Shown here: piece after piece, positions 1 to 13,137 of the stretch | Position numbering within the stretch: position 1 is the stretch's first letter | Layout: the number at the start of each line of letters is the position of its first letter | NCBI GenBank assembly: GCA_040285855.1 | Contig: JAUFOQ010000003.1 | Coordinates: 992,001 to 1,056,000 of the forward strand | Reading direction: 5' to 3' | From: Eukaryota sp. GEM-RC1 | Lineage: Eukaryota | Length of the DNA stretch: 64,000 bases | Position numbers and translations under genes: made by a program | Notes under the pieces: generated by a model | The model's database searches: none | What the model was told of the DNA's origin: nothing | What the model saw: the letters and a program-made list of their open reading frames with translations, nothing else

Positions 1-2
1 GA

Positions 3-672
3 GGAATTCCTTTCTCCGCCAACACTCAATACATTAACATGAATTGGGATCCAGACGTCTCCTCAATGACAACTGCTGTGGCTACTGGAAAATCTGTTAA
101 ACCAGCAACCTACGTGATGAACAAAGGAGCCATTGGTCCTCTCTACGATCTTCTCTTGTTCTCTAACCGTTACCTTGCTTCAACAGCCCTAAGATTAATG
201 CGTCTTGGTAACTCTTCAGCCGCCACTCACAGCATCCACGCTAACCTACGTGTCCTCAGTGACTTACCTCAAGCCTTAGCTACTGAGAAGGAATCTCACT
301 TGATCCGTTTGTTACATCAAACAAGTGCTGCACTTCGAAGAGCTTTTGCTAGTCTTGAAGAAACAATTGATCGTAGATTTGGCTCCACAGCTATTGATGC
401 AGTTACCCACAAAGACCAGGTAGTTTTCCACGTTCCCCTGATTGATCCAACTGTAGTACTCAGGAGAAACACTATTGTGGTTGGAGGAAATGACTTCTCT
501 GATCTTCATACTGTGTTAAAACTTGCTGATCAGAACGACCTTGATGTTGTGACTGCAGGGGGAGTTGCTGTCAGTACATCGTCATCGTTACTTTAGACAA
601 TACGCTGCTCTCAAGGGTCATTTACTTGCTAACCTGGGTGATTCCCGTGTACTTCCACTCTTAACTTCGTAA
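3..672 (+). CDS. 3' part of a hypothetical protein gene entering from outside the window
   Basis: The frame is open from base 3 (GIPFSANTQYINMNWDP...) and stops at 596. Removing one G from the G5 run at 558-562 extends it as ELLSVHRHRYFRQYAALKGHLLANLGDSRVLPLLTS to TAA at 670-672. No family recognised. Confidence 0.5.
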
Positions 673-1771
673 GTGTTCTTTTTTTGTTCTTTTTCACTAT
701 GATGAAAGTAAATTTCACTATATCATTTTTTTGAAAAAAATTTGAGTTAGTATTTATGTTTTATCGAAATGACAATCATGTGGTGGTACCCATGATGACG
801 TGTACCCTGTTGGTCTTTGGTTGACAGTATATGATCTTGTTTAAACCATGTCTTAAGTTAAATAACAATCTCCTAGCGTGCTTCCGATAAACAAATGTTT
901 TTTATACGGGTTTGAAGATTTAACAATATCTTGATAACCTCATTGAACTTGTTCTCATCAGTACAATTCAATGTAGTAACTACACCTGTTTCTCTACTTG
1001 ACCTGTCGTCTATTGCAACATAGAGACTATTCCAGTTTCAAAAAGCCATGGTATTGGCTCATCTCCAAAACGAATGGCTTTAATAGTAATATATTTCTGT
1101 TGAAACGATATTCCATGTTCTAAAGTATGGCGATCGACAAGCGCTGGTACTATTTTAACTTGAAGTCGTGGATATGCCAAAACACGGAAAGGAAGTCCCA
1201 AAGGATTCCAAAGATAAGCCATTTCACAGCCAGAGGGTGCATCTCTAAAAATTGTACTTGAATCAAATAGAAGAAAGAGATTTTTGAACAATGTTGACCT
1301 ATCGAGATGAAATCTATTAGAATAGTGTCGATGATGCAACGATGCAGGGGGTATTGTACAAAGTTTACAGACAGTTGGACCACTCCGAAGCCAAGTGATT
1401 CTAAAGCATCCTCGACTTCTAATTTTAGTTACTGTAGACAAAGGGGATGAAGTAGTATGAATCTCAAGAAGAGCTGAGTTTTGGGGTCATTAATTGTATG
1501 TCAGTGGTTCTGAAAAAAGATATAAAATGAATACGTATAAATGTAAATAAAAATAAACAGAAATAATATAATCAATTTTGAAAAATCCTATAAATATCTT
1601 ACTCCGAGGCGATCTCTGGTAAAATTTGTCCCAGTTCATCGTCTTTTTCCAGTTTCAATGAGTTATCTGACTTGATGCTTCTAATGATTGCTCAAAGGGT
1701 GTTGTCATTTTATAATCCCAATAATACTTCAGTATTAAATCACTACTGGTAGTTTTAGATAACAATTAGAA

Positions 1772-2549
1772 GTTCTAATTGTTGATAACAACCAACTACC
1801 ATTTGTGATCACACGTTTTCACATAATCACAATAACAAAATGTGATAACATACTATCACGTGTTATAACAAAGGGCATTCGTTATAACCGTTAATGAAAT
1901 ACCAACACTGCTATTAAGCACTTTTTTCTAGAAATTCACAAAAACTACACACAAAAACAAAACTACCTTTAGCAATTCATCAGTGGGTGAGCACTGAAGC
2001 CCGTACTCTGTTTTCCTCCTATGTTCTGCACATACGTTTTACTTGTGATCAATTGTCTATTCAACATCAATCTCTTCAAATAGTCCCAATTGATGCATCG
2101 CATTCTTCTTCAGTTTCTGTCTTCTCCTTCAATTTTTCGGGATTTTTGGCGGAATATCCTTCAAGACTGATTCCAAATGAATATTGTGATCATTAGGTAA
2201 TATTGTTTGTATTGTTTGGTGGTCAGTCTCCCTTAGTTGTGGAAGATGATTTTGAGTTAACTGAAAACTACAGTCTCGATAATAAACAAGTGATCCTTCA
2301 CAAATACCGATTATTGGTACAAAAAACGCCTTCTATTTACAATTACAAATTAAGATCATCATCAATATTAACAAAAGAGACACAATGGACCGTTACCTCT
2401 ACAAACCATTTATTGGATGTAATATATTTGGTAAAATTTTGCTTTATAAAGACCCAATGTTATCACAAGATATTTCATGTTTGTTATAACATGTTATCAC
2501 AAACACATGATATCACACTGTTATTGTTAACAACAAGTATGATTAGAAC
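1772..2549. repeat. Possible degraded non-autonomous DNA transposon with TGT(T/G)ATAACA-like subterminal motifs
   Basis: Clusters of TGTGATAACA/TGTTATAACA/TGTTATCACA at ~1780-1890 and ~2455-2535. An 8-bp inverted repeat GTTCTAAT/ATTAGAAC marks the ends. No TSD found. Confidence 0.35.
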
Positions 2550-3120
2550 CGTTTGGTTCAACATTTGTGGCAGATTCCCACTTTTGGGCGGCTTTCACTT
2601 TATCAGACGAAATAATGTGTGTAGCTGCGAGTATAAATTACATACGTTGAATCCGTTGGACGTGGGGATTGCAAGTTGACATAAATGTGTTAATTTACAG
2701 AAGAAACATAGTAACTATTGACCATAGATTTTGTGCACTGACTGGAGCCACCGTTCACAAACCAATGAACACTTCTTTTCAAGCTTAAAAAGCATCAAAG
2801 AAATGCTCAGTAGAACTTTTAGTATTTTCAACATCCAGTTTTGAAAAAGCAAGGAATACTACTAGTGGACCTGCCTAACTATATATTAACTGACTACTGA
2901 CTGGATTATATTGTGAAAAATAGATTGTTATTAAATGAGAAGGCCATGATTTAGACCAAGATTCTTAAACGTGATCGTAGTCAGTAGACTATCCCAATCC
3001 AACTCCCAGCTCTGCTTTATCAGTCTTGCTATTGACGATGTCTGTAATCCTTTTGCCAAAGCGTGTCAACTGTTATCGTGGAACTGCAGCTGGCAAATCT
3101 GTGTAATAATGACTCATAAC

Positions 3121-3220
3121 TAGGGGTACTCAAATTTAATCTGACAATCAATTGGTTCTCAACTTAATTCAAACAAATACAGCAGTTTTGCAATAAATTC
3201 ACCAATTATTGTTCTTGCAT
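3121..3220 (+). mobile_element. Solo left end of the hAT family seen intact at 22235-22996
   Basis: TAGGGGTACTCAAATTTAATCTGACAATCAATTGGTTCTCAA aligns with CAGGGGTACTCAAAATTGAATTGGCAATTAATTGGTTCTCAA at 22235. No right end found. Confidence 0.6.
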
Positions 3221-5407
3221 TATCGCGGTGTCAAGCTTTATGTTAACGGGAAAACTGAATATTCTTCAAAAAAGAAGAAAGGGACACTGACTAAAGGATC
3301 TCATGTTCTAGTAGTTGATTTACAACCACTAAAGTCGTGGTAAAAATTGTCAATTTCCTCATTTTTGGTTGTGTCAATTTTACGCAAAATATGCAATATA
3401 TTATAATTCTTTATTCCAATTAAAAAGTCTTACGTTTTTCCTATCACTGTTTCAACAGTTACTCTGTACCATATACTAGTATATAACCTGAACAACAAAC
3501 TACAATGTCAAAGAGTGAACAAACTATAAACACAATGCGCTTTCAATCACCAATTCAACTCACCAGAACCAAAGAAATCCAAAATCAGTGATAAGATGTC
3601 AGAACAATGTAAGAATTGGTCTAATACTTAGTTTATTAAATTATACACTCTGAATTGATCAGAAACTTTTTCAAAAACACACACAGTAGAGACATCTAAA
3701 ACACCGTGTGGACAAGTGTGTTAACACGGACACAGTGTCTTTTCAAAAACACTTAGGAAATTTCGAGCACTGCAATGTAGTCTTGATATCCAAGTGATCT
3801 GATCTTACTAATTCATGATCATCTGTTTCCCTAACACATGTCAAGTCACTAATTGGTCTGATCCAGAGAAGTTAATCTCATACATCATTATCATTATCTT
3901 AGTTATTAGTGAAGTGTTATCGATTGCAATTTTTGATTTTATACAAGCTTTATTGATAACATGTCAGTTCAATTTCCACAACGTCTAAAAATTGTATCAA
4001 CAGTGTCTTCACCTCCAGGCTTTTGAAAATCTGACCAAAATCAGCAACACTCTTAGCTTTTTGTCTGCAAATACCACACTTTTCTCATAAATGGTATTTC
4101 ATCCTAATTGAAACCATAGATGGGAAATACAACTTCATGCCTCTGTATTAAAAACAAAAAAAAATAAAAATAAAAATACAACGAATACAAATTCACTATT
4201 GCTATCACGTAAGTGTATTTCAGGTGTATTTCAGATGGAAACATATGTGTTACTTTGACAAGACGATTTAAAATAATCAGCTATACTATGAAGTGGCGGT
4301 GCGAAAAACTTTTTCCCGTAGAACGTAGTTGAACTTTGGTTTTGTAAAATAGAAACTCACCAAAAACCAAATATTATGACAGAGTGTGGGTGAGCATTCA
4401 AGGTAATTATGAACTAAGAAGTATACAACTTCATCTACTGGTAGATTCAACTTCAAAGGTCTTTGATGTGATTACAGTTGGTGTTTGTAAAAATAGTGTA
4501 TTTAATGTATTTAATCAAGCTAAAAATGAAGTTTCTCCCCTGACTGTTCAGAAAAATTGAAGAGAAATATATTATTTGCATTTCAACGAGCACATATTCC
4601 ATAGGAGGTTGTCGGAGATTACGTTGTTGCGTTGATATTCACGTCGTTGAGATGTAAACATCATAGTGGGAGAGGATGCAAGTGTTTTTGAATCAGTAGA
4701 AGTCATAACATAATTAGATGAATTGGAATTTCTTACACACAATACTTCATACTACTAGTACAATTGTACGTATTTTTGCAGAAGAAACATTGTATTTGAA
4801 ACTCAAGTAGTATTTGTGGCACATGAATCTGCATTGAATATGCAAATTAGTAGAATGACTAAGACTAAGTACTAATAACTACTAAAAATACCAAAAAATA
4901 CAAATAAGGTCTTTGTATTAATACAAGAACAAATACAGAATATATGTATTCTGTATTTATCATCTATGATTGAAACAATCAATATCAGCATGAATGTTTT
5001 GGCCAAGAGGTTTGGTGGTAACTACTTGTCTCACTTGGGTAGTTCATTCCCGCCCAAAATTGTTTTTGCTTCTGTTTTGATAGTCTATATTTATTTGTTG
5101 TTTTCTTGTTGTGTGATTTACACCGCACATGAATGAATGTTTGGCTAGAACAAAGAATTGGATTAACAAAAAGCTTGAACTCAGTACATCTGGAAGTGTT
5201 TGTGCCCAAAATTATCTTCAAAGTTCTACAGATGATTATGCTACATGTACATATAGATGTACCATTAACGTGTCTGTCTGTGTTACCCATCTTGATGTAC
5301 TGAGACTTCAAATGAAACACGTGAAATAGTCAAGAAATGTCAATCAGTCACCTGTCAAAGTCATCTTTGGTCGCTGCTGATAAAAACATCAACAAAACCC
5401 ACTTTAC

Positions 5408-7600
5408 ATGGCCCAACTCAATCACATTCATTATCATACATCGTATGATGATTTTAGCGCGAACTATACCAACTTGTACTCATTTCTATCGACCGTGGCC
5501 AAGAAGTTCCCTGAAAATGATGCGGTGGGAACTCGTCAAACTAATGCTGATGGATCTTTTGGAGACTATGTTTGGCGATCCTATTCATCTTTCATGAAGC
5601 GCGTCAACAAAGCATCCCGTATGCTAAAGTCTCTGTTGCCAGTCGGATCGCGGATTGCTCTGCTTGGTCTCAACTGCGAAGAGTTTACTACTCTTGATTT
5701 AGCATGTATGGCAGCTGGTATGGTGACAGTAAACATATATGCATCTTTGAGACCTGAAGACCTGAATGTTGTGGTTCAAGATGCAGAGATCTCTGCTTGT
5801 ATTATTGGCAATCTAGGCATCCCTGCTGAGAGAAAACCGACAAGTATACCAAAGGACGATTATTCACCCGAATACTCTTATGCTGCTCTAGCTTGCGGAG
5901 AAGGCATCCTCGCCAAAGAGAGAGCTGCGACTATATTCGATGGCTTATCTGGAGACAAACTGGTTGTTACTGTTGGTATCAACCAAACCAAGCCTGAATC
6001 ATTGTTCGACCATGTCCTCAAAATCCGTGCTTTTGAGGAGTTCGTCCACAATGATGTGGATGATTCTCAGCTAGAACCACCTACATTCGAGGAGATATGT
6101 GCTTTTGACTCACGCTACCAGGAGTTGGACTCCCCTTTATGCACTATTGTATATACCTCTGGTAGCTCTGGGAGTCCCAAGGGATGTATGATAACCCATC
6201 GTAATTTGCTGTCCGCTCTTGGATCTTTCAACCATCTTCTTCCTGTCCTACCGAACAGCTACCTGCGATACTTCCATACTGCTCTTTCGTTCCTCCCAGT
6301 CTCTCATATCTTAGCTCGTCTTCATGAATACTGGTGTTTCTCCCAATCAGGGCGATTGGCATTCTTCTCTCAAGATCTAACACGTTTAGTTGACGATATC
6401 CAACACTGCAACCCAACTCTTCTCTGTCTTGTTCCCAGAGTTCTTGCTAAACTCAAAGATAAGATTTATTCTGCTGTTGAATCCGGTTCCTCTCTCAAAA
6501 AGTCCATCTTCCACCGAGCTTACAACGTCAAGCTCCAGAAACTCCGTGCATCTCGTACTGTCACCCACTGGCTTTGGGATTCCCTTGTGTTCAATAAGGT
6601 TGCCCGTCTCTTAGGGAATCGTCTCCTTGTTATTATCTCAGGAAGTTCGCCTTTAGACAGTGATCTAGCTGAGTTTTGCCAGATAGCATTCAAGTCTTTC
6701 ATTGGAGAAGGTTATGGATTGTCTGAAACTACCTCCTGTGCCACATGTAATAGAGTTCCTTGCTCCGAGTATGGGCAAGTGGGACCTGCATTAGCTGGTG
6801 TAGAGATCAAACTACGTGATATTCCTGATTTGAGTTTCTATGCTAAAGATGGTGTTGGTGAAGTATTGGTTAGAAGTAAATGTGTTTCTCCTGGTTATTG
6901 GAAGTCTCCTGGTACTCTCAATATTGATAACGAAGGTTTCCTAGCAAGTGGAGACATTGGAACTTTCATGGGTGATAAGTTGAAGCTAATTGACCGTGTT
7001 TCTAGTACTTTTAAACTGCAACAAGGAGAGTTCATTAATCCAGAACTCATTGAAACTGTTATTAAGAGATCCCCTCTCATTTCCGAGTGTTTTATTACTG
7101 GTGATGGTCGTTATCCAGTTCTTGCTGCCTTTGTTGTACCTTCAGAGGATGCTTGGGAAGGGCATCGAAGTGGAACTCTCTGTGAGTTCTCTAGTTCAGA
7201 TAGAGATGCGATTGAGAGTCAATCAGATGCTGAGAGCTGTACTAGACCTGATATGGAATTGGAAACTGCTGAAGTGATTGTTAACTTGCAGGAATGCTCG
7301 GAAAGGAAAGTTTCCATTGAAAGCCAACGTTTATACTGGTCCGATTTGCTACTCTCGATGGCTGTTGAGATTAATAGAGTTTGTAGAGCTGCTGAACTGC
7401 GATCTTTTGAGATTCCAAAGCATGTGTACATTTGTAATTATTCAGTGTGTTTTGTTTATTGTTTCTAATCTTAGTTCGCTCCCGACAATGGGTTAACAAC
7501 TCCCACTTTTAAGCTGAAAAGAAAGTCTCTGAAACAACACTTCAAGACTGAATTTGAGCAGTTGATGAAAACTAAACCTTTGCAGATTAGTTTTTCCTAG
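5408..7600 (+). CDS. Long-chain fatty acyl-CoA synthetase (exons 5408-7444, 7475-7600)
   Basis: AMP-binding motifs IVYTSGSSGSPKG, GEGYGLSET, ASGDIG, LIDRVSSTFKLQQGEFINPE. A 30-nt GT-AG intron at 7445-7474 restores the conserved C-terminus FAPDNGLTTPTFKLKR. Confidence 0.95.
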
Positions 7601-7964
7601 GTTTTTGTATGACTTTTGAATAAAGTTGGTTGTTTGAATCGAACTGTATAATTGTATGAACTACTTCAGCTGCTTTGATAATCGATATCAACTACAGTTA
7701 TACTTGGGGTGTGAACTTAAAACAATGATTAAGTATCGCAGTGAACTGATGTCTAAACAATCAAATTTCAAAATAAGTTCGAAGAATATTACAGTCATTC
7801 TCTGATTCAGTAAGGCTCAACTTTTTGAATTAATTGATCACTTTAATAAAACAAATATACATGATGTGTAAACTATTGGTAATTTAAAAATACACATTAA
7901 CGAACAGACTCATGTGGGAGTATAGTCATACACTGTTCTTGACTTCATTTGTATTGTCCCTATT

Positions 7965-9287
7965 ATGCACACTCCAATCAATGGAAACTCTCCCCTAGTG
8001 TCCGATCCTTCAAAGAAGTTTGCTCAATCAGCTCCAAAACGTATCGTCATTCAATTGGTCCTGGTTTTTGCTTTTTTTCTTGCACTCATGATCTTCTCCT
8101 TAGTTTTCTCTTCAGACACTGAAACTACATGCGAAGATACCCAACTCACCGCCACTCTTCTAGAATCCATCCCTGAAGAAGTTGTTCTTGAAACTCATGG
8201 ATCAACAGACACCACAGAAGGATGGCTTCGACTAATCAACAGCGCTAACAAAACCCTTGACATTGCCTGTTTCTACATGTCTCTCTCTGAAGGAACCAAT
8301 GGAAAATTAGTTATTGAAGCAATGGAATCGGCCCTTGAACGCGGTGTTGTCATCAGAATAGCTCAAAACCCTCCTTCTAAGAGCATGCCTGACATTGACA
8401 CCTCCAATCTTGCCAAGAAAGGGGCCCATGTTGTTAACTCTGACTTCCCCACTCTAACTGGAGGTGTACTCCACACTAAGTTCATCCTTGCTGATAAACG
8501 TTCCTTCTATATTGGATCAGCCAACCTTGACTGGAGGTCACTAGAACAAGTCAAAGAGCTCGGGGTGTTGGTGGAGAATTCTGATAAGCTAGGAGAGGAT
8601 TTAGCAAAGGTCTTTGAATCTTACTGGTACATTGGTGTTAATCACATACTACCTGCAGGGAATGCAGTTGAATTCTACTCCCCTTACAATTCTAAATCTC
8701 CTTACCATTTCAACGCTCCCCTTAATGGTAGTATTGGTTCTAAAATTCACATCTCATCTGCTCCTCCTCAATCAATCGGAAGCAATCGAGCTCATGATAT
8801 TGAAGCTATTATTGATATTATCAACAATGCTGAAGAACACGTTTACATTGAAGTAATGGATTATGCCCCCCTTGATGTTTATAATAAGGAGGGAATGAAG
8901 TATTGGGGGGAGATTGATGAGGCTTTGAGGATCGCAGCTGTAGATAGAAAGGTGAAGGTAAAGTTGTTGGTAGCGAAGTGGAAACACACTAAGAGCAATT
9001 TGATTCCATTTTTGAAATCGTTGGATTTAATTCCAAATATTGAAGTTTTGTTCTTCAAAGTACCTGAGCTTTCTGATGGCCGTGTGTACCCTTATACTAG
9101 AGTTAATCACGCTAAGTTCATGGTTTCAGAGAAGTCTGGCTTTATTTCAACTAGTAATTGGAGTAAGGGATACTTCTATGACACTGCTGGCGTTTCCATG
9201 ATTGTTGAAGACTTTCCTAATCTGCAATTTAAGTTGATGTCTATCTTTGTTCGAGATTGGAATTCTGAATATGTAAAGAGTTTGTGA
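7965..9287 (+). CDS. PLD3: Phospholipase D3/D4-family type II membrane protein (5'-3' exonuclease-like)
   Basis: N-terminal TM segment; HKD motif 1 LHTKFILAD...YIGSANLDWRSL; motif 2 RVNHAKFMVSE...ISTSNWS. Confidence 0.92.
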   Translation: MHTPINGNSPLVSDPSKKFAQSAPKRIVIQLVLVFAFFLALMIFSLVFSSDTETTCEDTQLTATLLESIPEEVVLETHGSTDTTEGWLRLINSANKTLDIACFYMSLSEGTNGKLVIEAMESALERGVVIRIAQNPPSKSMPDIDTSNLAKKGAHVVNSDFPTLTGGVLHTKFILADKRSFYIGSANLDWRSLEQVKELGVLVENSDKLGEDLAKVFESYWYIGVNHILPAGNAVEFYSPYNSKSPYHFNAPLNGSIGSKIHISSAPPQSIGSNRAHDIEAIIDIINNAEEHVYIEVMDYAPLDVYNKEGMKYWGEIDEALRIAAVDRKVKVKLLVAKWKHTKSNLIPFLKSLDLIPNIEVLFFKVPELSDGRVYPYTRVNHAKFMVSEKSGFISTSNWSKGYFYDTAGVSMIVEDFPNLQFKLMSIFVRDWNSEYVKSL

Positions 9288-9390
9288 GTTTAGTTTGTAA
9301 TAAAGTATTTATCATAATATCATCTTTCGTTTTTGATCATTACAGGTCGTACTGGAAGATTAAACTTATTTTTGCACCTTTTATGTTAAG

Positions 9391-9670
9391 AAAACGGGGT
9401 TTAACTAACTAACAGAGACGAACTAAAGTATCTAAACTATGGTCCTTCTGTCCATCACCAAACATCTTACCTAAAATAGAATTAAATTATCTATCAATTG
9501 CACAAAACACCGCAAACGTTAACCTACTCAACCAAAATTTTTGATTGAAAACTTCTCCGTACTCAGAACACACTATCAAAGGAAGTTAAAAAACCTTGTA
9601 CAGCTGGTCCAAAATTACCGTATATCGACAAAAACTTAAGTCAATGTTAAGATATGTTGATTCTATTTTT
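9391..9670 (-). mobile_element. 3' fragment of CRE-like non-LTR retrotransposon
   Basis: The reverse complement aligns with ~40960-41284 (e.g. TTTTGGTTGAGTAGGTTAACGTTTGCG). It ends in AAACCCCGTTTT. Confidence 0.8.
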
Positions 9671-9829
9671 TCCGAGTTGATTGGTGGTAACTACTTTTCG
9701 GAATTAGGTAGTTCGTTTGATAGTTTGGTTTAAGTAGGGCTCGCAAACAAACGGTGTTTTTTGTTGATCCAAAACATTTGCACATTAAATAAAAATCGAG
9801 TTTTAGAGAAATCTAATTTGTAATACATA

Positions 9830-10045
9830 CTTATTCAGAAAACGAAAGAATTTAAATTCTGCACATCATCACGAGAATTATCCCCGTACAACTTCGAATA
9901 CCTGGAACTTAAATACTTGGGAATGCTTCTATAAAGAGCAAACATAATTCAATTAATCCATACAGTACCATTAAAAACCTTGCCATTAGAAGGATACACA
10001 TGTAAAAGACTAAAATCGCTGAAAAATTATAAACCTGCTGGTATT
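9830..10045 (-). mobile_element. 3' coding fragment of a second subfamily of the CRE-like retrotransposon
   Basis: Minus-strand translation GKVFNGTVWIN*IMFALYRSIPKYLSSRYSKLYGD resembles GKDFNENFWLSRLTFALFCSMHRYFNSILGKLFGD from the 40800-41225 ORF. Confidence 0.65.
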
Positions 10046-10118
10046 GAAAAATAACACGTAACACGGCCTGACACGTAACACGCGTGTTAACACGTGTTAT
10101 ATAAATAACACGTGCACA
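10046..10118. repeat. ACACG(T)-rich motif cluster, probable DNA-transposon end
   Basis: Repeated TAACACG/ACACGTGT units. A similar cluster (GTGTTAACACG, AAAAACAC) lies at ~3672-3755. Confidence 0.4.
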
Positions 10119-10510
10119 ATTGATGAAGGGCTAAACAGACCTCATTACCCTTCATTGCTCTGAGTTAAAGAAACACACCAATGATCGTCATCGTACATTT
10201 ACAAAAAAAATTTCGACTCCTCATCTTATGGTAAGCAAGCTTTCTCTCTTAATGTTTGCCAGGTGGATCATGGAGATAGTCTAATTAACAGTTCTCACAT
10301 TTTAACTACATTCGTCGTTGAAAACGTGTAATCTTGGAAAACTGAACGGAATGAAATACACGAGAAGTGTAACTGATTGCCGGGAAGAACTAAAACAAGT
10401 GAGACAAAGAAACATCATTTTATTACTGTACTTTCTATCACTGAATTTGTATGTTAGCAGTGGTTTGCTTGATCATAAGAAACAATAGTTTACAATTAGT
10501 TGTTGATATG

Positions 10511-10670
10511 AAAATTACTAGCCCTTCCCTAATACTGCCCTCCCCATTACTAGCCCTGCCCTATTACTAGCCCTGCCCTATTACTAGCTTTTCCCTAATA
10601 CAAGCCCATACGGGGTAGGCTAGTAACGGTTTTGCACAGGTTAGTATTAGGTAAATTAGAGTAGGTTCAA
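10511..10670. repeat. TACTAGCCCTGCCCTA tandem array, an end of the pogo-like family also at ~30222-31655
   Basis: About 6 degenerate ~16-bp units followed by GGTAGGCTAGTAACGGTTTTGCAC, matching ~30998-31021. Bases 10641-10670 are an inverted copy of ~30236-30265. Confidence 0.7.
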
Positions 10671-10785
10671 GTCTTTTGAATTTCGTTTTTAGAACTTTTT
10701 CCATTACATGATATGAGGATTTCTTTTTCATGTCAAATGTCCAGTATTTCTCTTCTCGTCACTGTTTCTACTTCGGTCTCAGTTA

Positions 10786-12186
10786 ATGGTGACACTTTTT
10801 CCTATACCTACTCCAAGGTACGATGAAATTGTTCGTAACTTCGATTCTGGCGCATCTGTATTTTCTACCGCTGTTTCTATCACCGCTACAGCAGTTGGAG
10901 CTGGAGTACTGGCTCTCCCTCTTACTAGTGCTGTGATGGGGTACGCTGGAGTCTCAGTCTTCTTCGCCGTCTCTGCAGTTCTATCTGTTCTAATGTTCAT
11001 GCTCTACATTAGAATCGTTCTATATCTCGATTCTTACTTCCTTCAACGTTTAATTCTTCGTGCTTTTGGTAATATAACCGCCATTGTTTTTGCTGTTTTT
11101 ATTGTGTTGTATCTCATTGGTATTCTCAGTGTTTATCTGATCCTTATTGCTAACTCTTTTAGTCTTGCCATGTCCTTTCTCACGTCAACTAGTCCCGATT
11201 CTAGATACATTTTTTCTAACTTCCGTGTCGTAGTTATCCTCTTTTCAGTGTTTGTATTCCTTCTCTCTTTACCCAAAACTCTCAATGCTATCCGTTACTT
11301 TAGTCTTTCCTCTCTCATCGTTATTGGCTACGTTATTGCATACCTAGGATACGCTATGATTAGATTTCTCTCCACTGGGGGTTCTGCTGATCTCCGCAGT
11401 GATGAAGCCATTGCTCGTGGTCGTGACCACCCACCTTGGAGGTGGAGAGACAACTTTGCGAGGATCTTCACTGCTCTTGGAACCCTTGCTTTTGCTTTTT
11501 CCTCTCATCTCAACGCCCCTAGTATGTTTTTTTCGAAATCTCTTTGTTAACCATTAGATTTGACTCATGAATGTTACCGTGTTTCTATAAGGAAAATGGA
11601 TAAAGCTATATTTCCAGCTTTTCTAATCATCATTCCTTTTTATGCCATTGCAATTACTTTTGGATTTATTTTATTTGGAACAGGTGCTTTAGATAACATC
11701 TTACTCTCCCTTGATTATAACACTTTAGGCGCTTTCTTTGCTAACGTTGGAGTAGTCTTTTTTATCGTGGTGTCATATGCTATCGTGGCTTTTCCAGTTA
11801 AGGACCAACTCGAGAGTCTCCTTCATCAGTTTTCTACTCTTGATAATGGGCTAGCTAGGCTGTCAGGGAAGTTGTTTAAGTATGAGGGGGATGGGGATGT
11901 TGCAGAGTTAAATGATGTTGCTTATGTTGTGTTGGTGATTGTGATTGTGGTGGTCACGATGGTGATTGCACTGATTTCTGAAGAAATTGGGTTATTGGTT
12001 TCCTTTTTGGGAGCTTTGATTGCGTCGTGGATAATATTTATCCTTCCTGCTTTAATTTATTTACGGGTTGCTCCAAGAAAGAATTCAATTTCGGTTATTA
12101 TCTGTGGTTTGTCGATATTATATGGTCTTTTTATCTTCACAATGGGTGGATATTTCAGTTTTTTAAATTTGATTGGAGTGATTTAG
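10786..12186 (+). CDS. AAAP/SLC38-family amino acid transporter (intron 11522-11557; true start uncertain)
   Basis: GAGVLALP, LSLPKTLNAIRYFS and AFAFSSHLN motifs; ~11 hydrophobic segments. A 36-nt GTATGT...CATTAG intron joins the two ORFs in frame. Confidence 0.9.
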
Positions 12187-12409
12187 CTGTGTTTATTGTT
12201 GTCTTTTTAGGAATATTTATTGTGGTCCTTTATTTCTTGACTAATACAGTCACTCTCTTTGACATAATTAAATTAATAAAAGAAGTCTGAGTAGACTTAC
12301 AGTATTTGCAACAATAGATTAAAAGATACTAATTCAGAAAATGTAAGAAGTTCAATTCTCCACATCAACACGACATTTGTCTCTAGAATAAATGAAACTC
12401 AAACAATTA

Positions 12410-12560
12410 GTCATTGGCTTCTAAACACAATTCGATTAAACCGTTAATGACCATTCCTTTAGAACTATATAAAATATTAAAATCACTAAATATATTTAAA
12501 CCTGCTGGACGAACAGTACCAAAAATTGAAATTGTAAATGGAACAAAGGAAAATTTCTGA
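12410..12560 (-). mobile_element. Degraded CRE-like retrotransposon C-terminal fragment
   Basis: Minus-strand translation FVPFTISIFGTVRPAGLNIFSDF resembles FQPFAMSIYGNIGPAAQGFLTSF. Confidence 0.55.
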
Positions 12561-13137
12561 ATTAGTATGTATAAATTTATTGTTGCAAATAAACTCTTTC
12601 TAGTCTATTAAAAAACCTGTAAATGAGTTCTCACATTGCAACTTGCCACACTTTCGACGAATATTGACTTAATACTGAAACAATTATAATGCGGTCTATA
12701 ACTCACATCACGGAGTCATTTAAGGATTTAATCTTAGTATTACTAGTTTGTTTTTGTTATAGTTTTGTAGGAAGGTTACCTTATTGGGTACCGAATAAAG
12801 TGTATGTGTGTTTAAGGAACAACTGATTACCCTCATAGATTCGATGATTAAACATTTAAAAACCTGAAACAGATGGAGACTTTGCTGACTTTGAGTTGAT
12901 AGAACCAAACATGGGAGATAATATCGAATATTGTAGTATTAATGTAAAATTAAGTTACTCCATTGTATTAAGTGGACTCGCCTGGACCCTACCATTAGTC
13001 TTCCCAATCATCTTCACAATGAGTTCACTGACCACGAGGCTCGACTCGACGATCGAATAAACGTGAATTGATTGCCTATTTCTTGCCCAATCTATTTTTG
13101 TTTCGAATTTGTTTGGAAGCCGATGTTCTTCACTTGC

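Noticed and set aside
1010..1441. 143-aa minus-strand ORF
   Set aside because: No recognisable motif; it lies in degraded intergenic DNA and cannot be supported as a gene.
2700..3110. Possible further RLE retroelement relic (SLAIDDVCNPFAK, RGTAAGK)
   Set aside because: Too degraded to align confidently by eye.
10511..10610. CRISPR-like or telomeric array
   Set aside because: The units are degenerate, lack unique spacers and match the ends of a pogo-like element elsewhere in the window.
10730..10817. Alternative first exon MSNVQ plus a ~74-nt intron for the transporter
   Set aside because: It restores a frame, but it is twice the length of the other introns and its donor lacks the +5 G. Left unresolved.
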